From Nitrosopumilaceae archaeon (GTDB lineage: Archaea; Thermoproteota; Nitrososphaeria; Nitrososphaerales; Nitrosopumilaceae): a DNA stretch of 64,000 nt. Positions 19,585 to 30,004 of the stretch are shown piece after piece. The notes under the pieces were generated by a model. The model had not been told where the DNA came from and did not search any database. It was given only the letters and a program-made list of their open reading frames with translations. Every line of letters begins with the position of its first letter. Within the stretch, counting starts at the first letter, position 1. The stretch is from contig OZ242365.1 in assembly GCA_965208905.1 (NCBI GenBank), positions 32,001 to 96,000 of the forward strand, given 5' to 3'. Position numbers and translations under genes: made by a program.

Positions 19585-20310
19585 ATGGGGGCGCTCACAT
19601 TTAATCGCATGCAGTCTGTAATATTGGCAGGTGGTTTGGGTACCCGTCTACTTCCATATACAATGTTCATGCCCAAACCAATGTTGCCATTGGGCGAGAA
19701 GCCAATCCTCGAACATATAATCGAGTGGAACATAAGAAATGGCATAACTGATATCATACTGTGTATCAGTTATCTGGGTCGTGTAATAGAGGACTACTTT
19801 GAAGATGGTACAAGAATCGGCGCTTCCATACAGTATGCACTGTCCCGTAAACCACTATCTACGGCCGGACAGCTAAAGACAGCTCAGGAACTTGTCCATG
19901 GAAGATTTGTCTGTTTATATGGAGATTCAATATACGACTTTGACTTATCCGACATGATATACGCGCACGAAAAGAGAGATGCATTCATTACCATGGGACT
20001 GCACGAATATGACTCTTCCATACCTTACGGTGTTGTGGATACCGATGAAGGTGGCAATGTGTTGGCCTGGCGCGAAAAGCCCAGTACCAAAGTCAACATA
20101 AACATGGGCTGTTATGTTATGGAGCAGGATACACTAGACTACATACCAAAGGATAAGCCATGGGGCATGGATACAGTGATTAATACTGCTCTGGAGAAGA
20201 GAGAGACCGTACTGGCATATCTCACTAAGGGTAACTTTATCGATGTGGGGACATACTCGTTATACAAAGAAGCAAGTCTGGAGTTTCGTAAAAGACTAGG
20301 TGACATCTAA
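19585..20310 (+). CDS. Sugar-phosphate nucleotidyltransferase
   Basis: ILAGGLGTRL..PKPML, EKP, DVGT. Confidence 0.9.
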   Translation: MGALTFNRMQSVILAGGLGTRLLPYTMFMPKPMLPLGEKPILEHIIEWNIRNGITDIILCISYLGRVIEDYFEDGTRIGASIQYALSRKPLSTAGQLKTAQELVHGRFVCLYGDSIYDFDLSDMIYAHEKRDAFITMGLHEYDSSIPYGVVDTDEGGNVLAWREKPSTKVNINMGCYVMEQDTLDYIPKDKPWGMDTVINTALEKRETVLAYLTKGNFIDVGTYSLYKEASLEFRKRLGDI

Positions 20311-20747
20311 TGACAGAGATATTGGTTCGCAATCTTGTACGAGAAGACATTAAAAATGGCTTTTTGGAAGCACTGGACGCTCTGCGCCCTGCCAGTCACA
20401 TGACGTATGATACATGCTATGCGATATATGATGATATCAAAGATGATCCCAACAGAGTGGTGGCAGTTGCGGTATTGAATGGTTATATTGTGGGCACGGC
20501 CTCATTAATTCTGGAGCGTAAATTCATACATGATGGTGGCCGTGCAGCCCACATAGAGGATGTCTCTGTAAACTCTAAATTTCAAGGACAGAGTGTGGGC
20601 CGTCTACTGATTCAGTATCTTTTGGATGTGGCTCTCCACAGTGGATGTTACAAGACCACACTGGACTGCAAAGATGATGTTGCCGGATTTTATCAGAGAT
20701 TGGGCTTTGTACATAATGGTTTGTCCATGCGAATAAATCACATGTAG
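20310..20747 (+). CDS. GNAT acetyltransferase, glucosamine-6-phosphate N-acetyltransferase-like
   Basis: ERKFIH, HIEDV, QGQSVG, CYKTTLDC. Confidence 0.85.
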   Translation: MTEILVRNLVREDIKNGFLEALDALRPASHMTYDTCYAIYDDIKDDPNRVVAVAVLNGYIVGTASLILERKFIHDGGRAAHIEDVSVNSKFQGQSVGRLLIQYLLDVALHSGCYKTTLDCKDDVAGFYQRLGFVHNGLSMRINHM

Positions 20748-21178
20748 GGTCTTTTTGGCCTGCGAGGTTTGGCGCGCAACAAAATCATCCCAAAGATTAT
20801 GACTGGTATTGAGACTATCATAAAGAGTGGTGGCGATATCTCTGTTGCCACAGTTACATATACGGGGTCTATGCCATCCTGATACGTGTAACAGAATGCC
20901 ATGCCAGCTAGTAGGGTAGCTCCACCAATTATAATCATCATCCCCACCTTCCTTGAACCATGTCTCTTGGAGAGTATGAACGACACTGCCGCCATTACGG
21001 ATGCGGGGGCGGCTCCTATGGATATGAACTGCAGTATCTTTGGATTCGGCTCAAATATTATGCCAAACTCCATATCTTCGGGAGCCTCTTGCATGTAATT
21101 GTATATCGATACCATCTCGCCTACAAACATAGCAAAGAGCCCCATACTGGCAGCAGCTATCCATACCTCAACACCCAT
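20738..21178 (-). CDS. Membrane protein, about 4 TM
   Basis: Hydrophobic helices; start MGVEVW. Confidence 0.7.
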   Translation of the reverse strand: MGVEVWIAAASMGLFAMFVGEMVSIYNYMQEAPEDMEFGIIFEPNPKILQFISIGAAPASVMAAVSFILSKRHGSRKVGMMIIIGGATLLAGMAFCYTYQDGIDPVYVTVATEISPPLFMIVSIPVIIFGMILLRAKPRRPKRPYM

Positions 21179-21200
21179 GACTTGGATACAACCATCAGTA

Positions 21201-22169
21201 CTATAAGTTAACACCCACTGCACCAATCCATTCTCGCCTGCTGGCCACAGACAGATCTTTGGCGGCATCCTCTGGCGATACATTACATAGTGAGACTCCA
21301 AAACCCTTATCCATGCCCGCCGGGCCTGAAGTGTGGGGGTATACCTCTATGTGCCAGTGCAAGCGAGATGTCTTCTTCTTTTCAGGGGATAGGTGGAATG
21401 CCAGACTGAACGATACGCCCGGCAATGTCTTTGTCAAGCCACCCAATGTGGACCACATTAACATGGCCAGATCATGGAGGTCTACTTGTGTCAGTTTGAG
21501 AAAGCTGACGCTGTGTTTTCGAGGAACTATCCAAAACTCATAGGAGCTAGAAGGTGGCCACGGACATATCGCTATAAAGTTCTTTGAGGTTAATATCTGT
21601 CGTTTTCCCCCCGTCTCTTCGTCTACTATCTGGCACATGGGACATATGCCCATCTCACTCTTTATATCGCGACTTGACTCAATCTCGGTCTTTATGGTTG
21701 GCGGAATTACTGGCAGCGTTACTAGTTGAAGATGTGGCTCTGGTATGTCTGATGGCCGCATGTCTGCAAACATCATCACATATCCTACCTTTGCCTGATC
21801 ATATAACCATCTTATTCTGTCCTGTGCTGCCACTAGTAGATTTGCCCAGCGTTCATACTCTTGCATATTGGGAGTCTTGTCAATTGTGGCCACCAAAACA
21901 TTGTGGCGCCCGTAGGCTGGCTGCGCAAACCATGGACTCTTCTGATAGAATAGTTTGGCATCAGTATTCACTATGGGATTGCGACTTTCAAATATCTGTA
22001 TCGTCCAACCGTTAGACTCATAATGTCCGTCTACTATATGTAATATGCCATTATGAAACACCATTGAGACTGTCGGCTCTTCTTCTAGATCCATGCCGTC
22101 CGGACCATCAACTTTCGGCCGTGTTATGGTGATTCGATTGTTTATATGGTTTGATCTTAGTAATCTCAT
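21201..22169 (-). CDS. GalT-like / HIT family uridylyltransferase
   Basis: EPHLQL, CPMC, HWHIEVYP; canonical HPH altered to EPH. Confidence 0.75.
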   Translation of the reverse strand: MRLLRSNHINNRITITRPKVDGPDGMDLEEEPTVSMVFHNGILHIVDGHYESNGWTIQIFESRNPIVNTDAKLFYQKSPWFAQPAYGRHNVLVATIDKTPNMQEYERWANLLVAAQDRIRWLYDQAKVGYVMMFADMRPSDIPEPHLQLVTLPVIPPTIKTEIESSRDIKSEMGICPMCQIVDEETGGKRQILTSKNFIAICPWPPSSSYEFWIVPRKHSVSFLKLTQVDLHDLAMLMWSTLGGLTKTLPGVSFSLAFHLSPEKKKTSRLHWHIEVYPHTSGPAGMDKGFGVSLCNVSPEDAAKDLSVASRREWIGAVGVNL

Positions 22170-22546
22170 GTATTATCTTTAGATGTTATCCACTCTTCAA
22201 AAGTCTTTATGCCGCAGGTTTCTCTCAAGGCTGGAATGGCCTCGACTCTTCAAATCCCGTATATTGTACTGTTTAATTGCAGATTTGGGAGACAAAATGT
22301 ATTAAAGCCGTAAACAAGTTATGATTCTGCGGCAAAATAGTATTCTTGTGTGCGCCGTCACCTCTACAACAAGCATCTCAAGACTGCACTTAGGTGTGTG
22401 GTCTGGGATGGAGACCATACGTCAAGGAGACCCTACGCGCCGTCTTGTGGTACGGCGGCAAATGAATAGTTCCTACTTGCATCCGCGGTCTCAGTAGGTG
22501 CTGTATAGCGCAACTAAAATATTTGGATTGTTGATATGGAATCATA

Positions 22547-22999
22547 ATGTCAACTTACAAGAATGCCTACAACGAAAAGGCGGTAGGCCAGATTGTACCC
22601 ATAGTCCTTGTAGTATTTCTGATTGTACTATACATGATGTCGGCACAGGGTGATCGTAATTATGCAGCCTCCATACTGATTGGGGCGGCAGCAATTACAA
22701 TGATATTCTGGGCGCGTATTCTTAAAAAGTTCATAGTGAGTCAACAGTCCAAATTTGTCGCGCGAGAGCCTGAGACCAAAAACTGGATGTATGACCTGAT
22801 AAAAGACGAAGGTGGCTTTGTCTTTGTAGCTGAGGTGCCAGGTCCCGTAGAGAAGATAACCGTGCGACTGGTGGATGGAACCCTGTATATACGTGGGAGT
22901 GGAGGTTTTGCACGCGAAGTACCAATAACGGGTGCAGACAGAATGGAACTTTCAGACTTTAAATATAGAAATGGTGTCCTGACACTCCGAATATCCTAA
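22547..22999 (+). CDS. Membrane-anchored Hsp20/alpha-crystallin domain protein
   Basis: Two TM helices, then VAEVPG..YRNGVLTLR. Confidence 0.8.
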   Translation: MSTYKNAYNEKAVGQIVPIVLVVFLIVLYMMSAQGDRNYAASILIGAAAITMIFWARILKKFIVSQQSKFVAREPETKNWMYDLIKDEGGFVFVAEVPGPVEKITVRLVDGTLYIRGSGGFAREVPITGADRMELSDFKYRNGVLTLRIS

Positions 23000-24091
23000 T
23001 CATAAACTGCGGGCCAACTCTATCTTTTGAGGCAGATATCTGTCTGTTATGTTGGTCAAACCATACTTGGAGAATGCTTCTAGTTCAGCCTTACGCTTTA
23101 TCTTTAGAAATGTATCCAACTCTTTTCTCCATATGCCGTGAGAGTATCGAGGATCTCTCTTTAGATCTTGGCATCTCTTTATGTCTGACTCGGTCATGGG
23201 TATGGTGGGCAGCTCGAATCGTTCTATGTCTGTAGCCCAAACGCCCACCCACTTGGCATCAGGTACAGTCAATTCACGCAGATGCGCAGCATTTGCAGAA
23301 CCTGATTTTATCACCATGGCTATATGTTCCCCATATACGTCTCCATCTGTTAATATGATTACCGGCAAAGACATCTCATCATGTAGTCGTTTTAGTAGAG
23401 TACGCGTAGAGCGCGCAGCCTGGCCACCAGTGTCAACTATTATGGATTTGAACTTTTTATCCACCTGTTCTTCTACAAATCTAGTAAACAGTCCACCTTT
23501 TTCAATGGCAATCACTAATTCGGCACTGGTATCTATGAGCTCGGCACTAGTTAAACTTGGACCTATCGCGTATCCATCTGGGTGATTTGCCAGATTCATC
23601 CGTTTGCCCTCATATCCAGGTACAGTATATTCAATATCTAAATCACCAAATATTGAACTACGCTCCTCAGGGAATATGTGCATCTCTTCCCGGGGTTTTG
23701 TCAGTACGGCCTCCAAGTCCTCTATAATACCATTGGACTCGGACTGGTTTTTGAAGTCTACAGCAAATGCCTGAGATGAGTAATACACATCACGTAAGGT
23801 GGATGACTTTTTTTCATGTGTCAATCTGTTGGCAAAGAATGCCAGCCACATTAACTGTGTAAAGGAGCGTACCTGCGCAGTGTTCTTTGAGCTTCGCTGC
23901 GCCGATGAATTTCCTAGTATGTATTGGCGTAGCGCGTCATCATACACTATATTGCTGACGGACCTACTTGGTACCTCAAAGGCAGGAAAACGACCACGAT
24001 TCAGGTCATCGTATACCCGTGAACCGTGCCTCTTTAACATCTCTAGCATCTCTTTCTGCTTCTTCTCTGCCCGGCTCTTCTTAGACATCAC
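23000..24091 (-). CDS. top6A: DNA topoisomerase VI subunit A
   Basis: TLRDVYY, AIEK, TDGDVYG, KAELEA. Confidence 0.96.
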   Translation of the reverse strand: MMSKKSRAEKKQKEMLEMLKRHGSRVYDDLNRGRFPAFEVPSRSVSNIVYDDALRQYILGNSSAQRSSKNTAQVRSFTQLMWLAFFANRLTHEKKSSTLRDVYYSSQAFAVDFKNQSESNGIIEDLEAVLTKPREEMHIFPEERSSIFGDLDIEYTVPGYEGKRMNLANHPDGYAIGPSLTSAELIDTSAELVIAIEKGGLFTRFVEEQVDKKFKSIIVDTGGQAARSTRTLLKRLHDEMSLPVIILTDGDVYGEHIAMVIKSGSANAAHLRELTVPDAKWVGVWATDIERFELPTIPMTESDIKRCQDLKRDPRYSHGIWRKELDTFLKIKRKAELEAFSKYGLTNITDRYLPQKIELARSL

Positions 24092-25892
24092 TTCCTCCTG
24101 CCTTTAACATCTGTATATACTTGGGCTCGGTACTCCGACCTGCCAGTTCAGTACAGAACTGTGATATAAGTGGCATATACTTTGCGTACAGATTCGCCCT
24201 CTTCTTTGCCTCTTCAGCCTTGCCTCGCCTAGACATATAAGATGATAGTCTTCGTGCCAGAAACTGCATGGCCAGTCTTAACTCCTTCTCTATTTCAGGC
24301 CGGTCTGCTACATTCTCCTTGCCGACTGTCTTGTATGGTATTCGTGTAGAGCATATATGTGAGGCTATGACCATGGGAGCATCATGTTTTACCTTGTAGC
24401 GACTCCAATCTATGTCGTTTACCACCTTTAGAACAACATCGCTGCCTTCATCGTACAATAATGGTATACGGTTGGCAAATCTATATGTTTTAATTCCGCG
24501 ACTCTGAATCTTTCCACCATATGCTATACCCATCTCTATGATAAATGGAAAGCCCGAATATGCCGATGCCCCCCTCTGTATAACCTCTTGAAAGTCTGGC
24601 TCAAAGAACTCTTTCATGCCCTGCTCCAAAGGACTCTCTCCTAGTGGTGCCAAACATGAAGGATTTGGGGCTAAAAAGCCCTCGTATGACTGTAGAGAGT
24701 CGCTCAGTTTTACAAGGTCTGCATTTCTCAACAATCCTATATTTTGTTCAGGCTTGAATCCTGCAAATTTTATGAAGCTCTGGGCCGTCTTTGGACCCAT
24801 CCTCTGAAATCTGTCGGTCAGAAATGACAGTAATGGTTCACCTGCAAGTAGACTCTTTATGTGATTGTAGAATGGTTCTTTGTTCTGTAGTGGTGCAGTC
24901 TTGCTCTGGGATTTGATACCATCATAGTATAGTATTGTATTTGTATCCAAATCTATATCTTCTATGATGACATTCTGTAGATATTTTGACTTGCACTTTA
25001 GTGCATTTGTAATACAGGCTGCGGTCCTCTGTTCTGGTTTGAGCCTCTTCCATCGTTTTATGGCTTGGGCAGACACTGTATTATACGATGAGTCTTCATC
25101 CTTGATGTTTAATGTTCTGTATAGTGTAGTATCTATGGACATGCCATCCCGCCTTGACTGCACTATCATACGACGTATCGTCTCTACATCGACACCATGC
25201 GGGTGTGGATTTATTATTGTGGGTGGTTCGGGCATTGTCTTTAGTATGCGCTTGTATACGAACTTGCCGTCTTTGGGATCCTCAAATGTTATGCTGGCAT
25301 AAGGGGTTATCAGTGACGTCTGATATATGTAGTCGCGAATCTTTGAGCCTGCCTTTGAATAGTCTCCCTCCAAACTGATACTTACCGAGAGGCCCCTCTT
25401 CTTTGTCTTCTTCTGGGACTGTTTTAGTATTACGGGCTTGTTCTTTTGTATATCTAGCAGTATCTCAAAGATGTGTGCCGTTTGACCATCAGTACAACTA
25501 GATACCTTGACTGGCTTGTTGGTGGTTATCTGGCCGTATAGTATTGCCATTGTGGCTCCTAACCCAAACATTCCTCTAGCCTGCTTTAGGCCAAACTTTG
25601 AGCCATAAAGAACTGTACCAAATGCTAATGGTACATGTTTCTTGGGTATACCCGGACCATTATCGTGTACGGCTAGTGTGTATGTGCGCGGGTCTTGTCT
25701 GTCATCTTCGGCCTTTATGACTAACTTTACGTTAGGCAGTATTCCTTTCTGGTCACATGCGTCCAATGAGTTTTCAACAAACTCTCGTACTGCCGTGTAT
25801 AATGAACGTGTGGGGTTGCTGAATCCTGCTAAATCTCTATTCCTGTAAAAAAATTCGCTGGGTGATATTTGGTTGAACCTCTCAGTTGACAT
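24081..25892 (-). CDS. top6B: DNA topoisomerase VI subunit B
   Basis: EFVENSLDA, DNGPGI, RGMFGLG, RFANRIPLLYD. Confidence 0.96.
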   Translation of the reverse strand: MSTERFNQISPSEFFYRNRDLAGFSNPTRSLYTAVREFVENSLDACDQKGILPNVKLVIKAEDDRQDPRTYTLAVHDNGPGIPKKHVPLAFGTVLYGSKFGLKQARGMFGLGATMAILYGQITTNKPVKVSSCTDGQTAHIFEILLDIQKNKPVILKQSQKKTKKRGLSVSISLEGDYSKAGSKIRDYIYQTSLITPYASITFEDPKDGKFVYKRILKTMPEPPTIINPHPHGVDVETIRRMIVQSRRDGMSIDTTLYRTLNIKDEDSSYNTVSAQAIKRWKRLKPEQRTAACITNALKCKSKYLQNVIIEDIDLDTNTILYYDGIKSQSKTAPLQNKEPFYNHIKSLLAGEPLLSFLTDRFQRMGPKTAQSFIKFAGFKPEQNIGLLRNADLVKLSDSLQSYEGFLAPNPSCLAPLGESPLEQGMKEFFEPDFQEVIQRGASAYSGFPFIIEMGIAYGGKIQSRGIKTYRFANRIPLLYDEGSDVVLKVVNDIDWSRYKVKHDAPMVIASHICSTRIPYKTVGKENVADRPEIEKELRLAMQFLARRLSSYMSRRGKAEEAKKRANLYAKYMPLISQFCTELAGRSTEPKYIQMLKAGGSDV

Positions 25893-26457
25893 CCTGTCCC
25901 TCCCATAGTATCATCTTGTTTAAACGGTTCTGCCGGTTGGCTGCCTCTAGCTTGCCATACGCGGCGGCATGCATGCTACCTGACAGTATGGAGTGAACCG
26001 CTGATATGACGGTGCGCATCCTATTCTCTTTGGCTATGATTGCTACAGTCTTACCATATACTGATATGCGACTCTGTCCTAGATGCTCCAAATTACGACG
26101 CGCCCGTCCCTTCTCGCCAATTATTCTGCCCCGTATTCTCTCCATGGCCCCATTGGACTTTCCTACGTACTCTTGCAGGTTTAGCACATGCAACCTGTAT
26201 GTATCATCCAAGAGCAGCATGGCATTGGACATCGAAAAGCCTCTGGACATGGCTAGTATAATATTTGTAGCCTTGAAGGGTTGTACCTTCATTATGTCAT
26301 CAGAGGCAGATTCGATGTTGACCTCGCCGGTATTGCCATCTATGGTAATATTGACACCGCAGGACTCTTCTATGGACTTTTTTGTACTACCTGCCTTTCC
26401 AATTATGACGCCAATACGATCGTTTGGCACTGTTATGGCCTTGGAGAATATCACCAT
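25882..26457 (-). CDS. KH-domain ribosome biogenesis protein (Dim2/Pno1-like)
   Basis: IGVIIGKAG, RGRIIGEKG, SVYGKTV. Confidence 0.9.
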   Translation of the reverse strand: MVIFSKAITVPNDRIGVIIGKAGSTKKSIEESCGVNITIDGNTGEVNIESASDDIMKVQPFKATNIILAMSRGFSMSNAMLLLDDTYRLHVLNLQEYVGKSNGAMERIRGRIIGEKGRARRNLEHLGQSRISVYGKTVAIIAKENRMRTVISAVHSILSGSMHAAAYGKLEAANRQNRLNKMILWEGQDVN

Positions 26458-27230
26458 ATGCTCATCTCTTTTAGTATGGCAGAAGTCTCTCTTGTTAATA
26501 CGCTTCGTTTTGTAAAAAATCTGTTTATATTGTTGATGTCTCTGTACAGGAACGACTCTGCTGAAGGGTGGCGTCGATCCACAGCAGACCCTAAATCAAA
26601 CAATACCAATCCCTTACCTGTCTTGAATACATTGTACTCTGAAAAGTCTCCATGTACCAAACCACCCTTCATGTATAACTGTTGTATCATACGTATGGCC
26701 TCTTTGTAGTCGTTCTCATCCACTGCGCAGCTCAGAAGAGTAGGTGCTGGCTTACCATCCTGCCCTATAAACTCCATGGCCAATACGTTGTTTAGTACGC
26801 GTATGGGCTTTGGAACACAAACACTGGTCTGGGAGGCTACTGTGAGATTCTTGAACTCTTTCTGTGCCCATAGATGTACTATACTGCGGGTATTTTTACG
26901 AAATTTTGAAAAGCGTGGATCGCCCTGTATGTATTTGATACGTCTTTTGAAGTTTGATGTGGTTACAAGATATATCTTGAGAGCTATATGTTTACTGTCC
27001 GTATCTTCACCAAGAAAGAGTAGTGACTCCTTACCTGCCCCTACGGAACCATCCACTCCTGATATTGTACCATCGGTAATCATCTTGTGCAGTGTCATGA
27101 CCGTCGGCTTGTCTAGCACTTCATTGATGGTCTTTCTTCCCTTAAAGCCATCCTGTAATGATGTATGTGTATCTTTCTTTAGTTTGTGGTTTATGCGTGC
27201 CCGTATCTTTGAATCAATATAGTCGCTCAT
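26451..27230 (-). CDS. rio1: RIO1 kinase
   Basis: GKES, KIY, WAQKEFKNL, VHGDFSEYN. Confidence 0.92.
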   Translation of the reverse strand: MSDYIDSKIRARINHKLKKDTHTSLQDGFKGRKTINEVLDKPTVMTLHKMITDGTISGVDGSVGAGKESLLFLGEDTDSKHIALKIYLVTTSNFKRRIKYIQGDPRFSKFRKNTRSIVHLWAQKEFKNLTVASQTSVCVPKPIRVLNNVLAMEFIGQDGKPAPTLLSCAVDENDYKEAIRMIQQLYMKGGLVHGDFSEYNVFKTGKGLVLFDLGSAVDRRHPSAESFLYRDINNINRFFTKRSVLTRETSAILKEMSIW

Positions 27231-27320
27231 TCACTAAACATGATATGCTTTTGATGGCTTAAAAGTGAATTGTCCTGTTTAGATGGAATCCTACAGGACC
27301 TGGTCTTCGCGTGACATAGC

Positions 27321-27614
27321 TCACATTCGGAATACTATCAAAAAGGGTACGTCTGATATCTTTCGAACACCAGCTAGTGAGCCTAGCCCCAGGTCTGTTG
27401 ATAGCGAGACTATACGTTCACCAGCCATGTTGATTATGTCTGACCCTCTTAGGAGCGTCTTGGCCTCTTCTTCATCTACAAGACGCTCACCGTAATAACT
27501 GGGCTTTATACTAATTGAGATGGAACCATCGGTTACCTGACGGCCTAGTATATCTGCATCACATATGTTTAGCATGGCGCTGTTGTTGTATGAGGTGGTC
27601 TTTACAGAGAACAT
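27321..27614 (-). CDS. DUF424 family protein
   Basis: NICDADILG, YYGE, INMAG. Confidence 0.8.
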   Translation of the reverse strand: MFSVKTTSYNNSAMLNICDADILGRQVTDGSISISIKPSYYGERLVDEEEAKTLLRGSDIINMAGERIVSLSTDLGLGSLAGVRKISDVPFLIVFRM

Positions 27615-28036
27615 CACGCATACTTGCCTTTCAGTGTGGATTTTGCACCACACGCCTCGCATACGAGAAACGATATACGATTCTCTTTTATTGTTCCGGT
27701 ATCGGGACTTTTACATGTGGGACATTGTACGTACTCTCTGAAGTATATGTGAAATAATCTGGTAAAGTCTTCAGGCTCCCTCTTTCCTATGAACATGGCC
27801 TTGTCGCCTAGCCTCTCTGCTGGAACTGCAAACTCTTTTGAGAGGTACTGCAGTATCTTGTTGGGGTCCCGTCGAAGCACCTTTGTAAAGTCGGTAAAGT
27901 TGCGCAGAAACGTCCGTTGACCCTCCCACATGACATCGACAAGGGGTAGATCAAAGCGAGATACAGACTTGTTTGAGCGTTCATCCAACTTGTCTTTTAT
28001 GCGGTCCAGAAGGGCAGTGTAATCATCCTGATTCAT
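27614..28036 (-). CDS. eif2b: Translation initiation factor aIF2 beta
   Basis: NF..LRRDP, YVQCPTCKSPDT..CEACGA. Confidence 0.93.
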   Translation of the reverse strand: MNQDDYTALLDRIKDKLDERSNKSVSRFDLPLVDVMWEGQRTFLRNFTDFTKVLRRDPNKILQYLSKEFAVPAERLGDKAMFIGKREPEDFTRLFHIYFREYVQCPTCKSPDTGTIKENRISFLVCEACGAKSTLKGKYA

Positions 28037-28078
28037 AAATAAATAATATCTAAACTACCTATATGGGTTTTCAAATAT

Positions 28079-28222
28079 CTACAATTTGCCTATGCGGAAT
28101 ACCACACTACCGGTCTCTGGGCACGTTCCCTTCACGGCGGCACGACCATTCTTCATAGTTACCTCGACTGGGTCTTTGATCTCAACTTTTTTACGGCATT
28201 TGACACAATATCCTTGTACCAT
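28079..28222 (-). CDS. DUF5679-like small Zn-ribbon protein (missed by ORF track)
   Basis: MVQGYCVKCRKKVEIKDPVEVTMKNGRAAVKGTCPETGSVVFRIGKL. Confidence 0.8.
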   Translation of the reverse strand: MVQGYCVKCRKKVEIKDPVEVTMKNGRAAVKGTCPETGSVVFRIGKL

Positions 28223-28266
28223 GTTTGATGTGTAAATTTTATTGTGTATTATATCTTACTGATTTT

Positions 28267-29884
28267 GGTTCCTCTCTCAAAGTCGGGTGACGGTTGATGT
28301 GTGTTGGATAGTGTTAAATACATTATTAAACCGTACTATGTAATGACTTTTATAAAAAAATAGTAGGGCAGTAACACGTCCATACACAAAAAATTTGGGC
28401 ATACAATACGTGTTTGAACATGTCAAGAAGGTGGCAGAAGTAGCGTACATTATGGCGCATAGTACAGGGAAGAATACCTATGATGTTGACGTATTGATAT
28501 ACCATACAATGCGCGGTTCTGACCCCAAAGTATATTCGGCCATAACGCAGACCGCCATACGGGACGGAGTTGCCGCCCATAAAACGTACAGGACAAAGGC
28601 TGCGCAGGGCATGAAGGTGTCTGAACCCGTATTCCGCAATCCGGTGGTAAAGTTGAAAAACCAAAATTGGAGGCTTAATCCGATAGCGGGTGGATATATG
28701 GCTATTGCAAATGTTGGCTCATCAAAACACCCACATATGATAGCAATTCCTGTTTCTTCAGATGTAGTACGCCGAATAGGACAAAACAAACTGGGCAAGT
28801 TGTGGATTACGCCGACCACATACACCATAACATATTACAACAAAGTGCCCGAGGTTGAAAAGCCCCACCCACACGGCAAGTCAGAGATTATCGAGTTGCT
28901 TACGGATGTGGGTTATGTGGGCGGTACACCAAAAGATGTAATCGGTGTAGACATCAATGAAAAGAATATCACCGTAGGCGATAAAAATACGATGATACAG
29001 TTTGATCTATCATATACGATACAGGCCATTGAGGACGCAAAGACTGAAGATGTAAACAATACGTATACCCGTACACATGATAATGCCGCATATGCGGCAC
29101 GTACCGGAAGGCGTGTTGCACACAAAAAAGAGGAGGCGCGCAGAGAAAAGCAACAAGTCACATATGGCGGTCATAAATTATACAACAAACTCAGACGTAG
29201 ATACAGGAAACTCAAGAGGGAGGGCAAACACAAGAGGGCCGCCGAAATAAAGAATCAGATGAGCAGATGCGTATTGAGCATACCGCATAACCACACAAAG
29301 TCAAAGAAGAATGCTAAAAAGCGCAGGGTGACCAAAGCCATGCGCCACCACGAACATGTGCTGAGTGTGATAGCACTATGCACTGCACAGTGGGCTACAC
29401 AATCTGGGTGTTTGGTGGTGTTGGAGGATTTAACCCACATATCGTACAATTGGCAGAAGGGTGGAAAGTTTGGACGTAGAATGCGTCGCAGGTTATATTC
29501 TGCCATGATGCGAAAGGCATCAAATTTAATTTATGAAAAATCCAGATTTTTGGGAGTGGGGGCATTACATATGCGTCCACACAACACATCCAAGTTGTGT
29601 GCTGCATGCAGAACCACATTAACTGGAACTTATCATAAAAAAGACTGCACCCGCTGCCGTATGGTTGGCGTAGACAGAGACGTCAACGCAGTGGAGAATA
29701 TACGGCTAACAAGCGCCGTATCCCGATATGGCCGTCAGGTTTCGGCCAGTCTGGGCGAAGTCCGTCGTGGTGTGGATGTAATACTCGATCCCACATCACT
29801 CATACAGGGTTGCTGGCGCAACTGGGCTGACAGACTATCCCGCATGGCGGCGGTGTAACGTCACCCAACTTTGTGGGAAGAACC
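28267..29884 (+). mobile_element. Non-autonomous TIR cassette carrying tnpB (family B, copy 1)
   Basis: TIRs GGTTCCTCTCTCAAAGTCGGGTGACG and revcomp GGTTCTTCCCACAAAGTTGGGTGACG (22/26); 8-bp TSD CTGATTTT at 28259-28266 and 29885-29892. Confidence 0.9.
28343..29858 (+). CDS. tnpB: TnpB family B copy 1, +1 frameshift in A-run near the 5' end (open frame 28395-29858)
   Basis: GVDINE, VLEDL, CAAC..CTRC, DRDVNAVENI; A7 at 28354-28360 versus A6 in copy 2. Confidence 0.85.
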
Positions 29885-30004
29885 CTGATTTTGGTTGTGC
29901 ACACACAACTCCGCTTTAGAAGTCATGATGTGTTTAAACAACATGATTTTTGTACAAGTCCGTGCTGAAATCAATTTATATGCCACTGATGCCACCCATA
30001 AACC

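Noticed and set aside
28395-29858. Cas12 assignment for the larger TnpB-like proteins
   Set aside because: No CRISPR array or cas genes seen; genes lie within TIR cassettes
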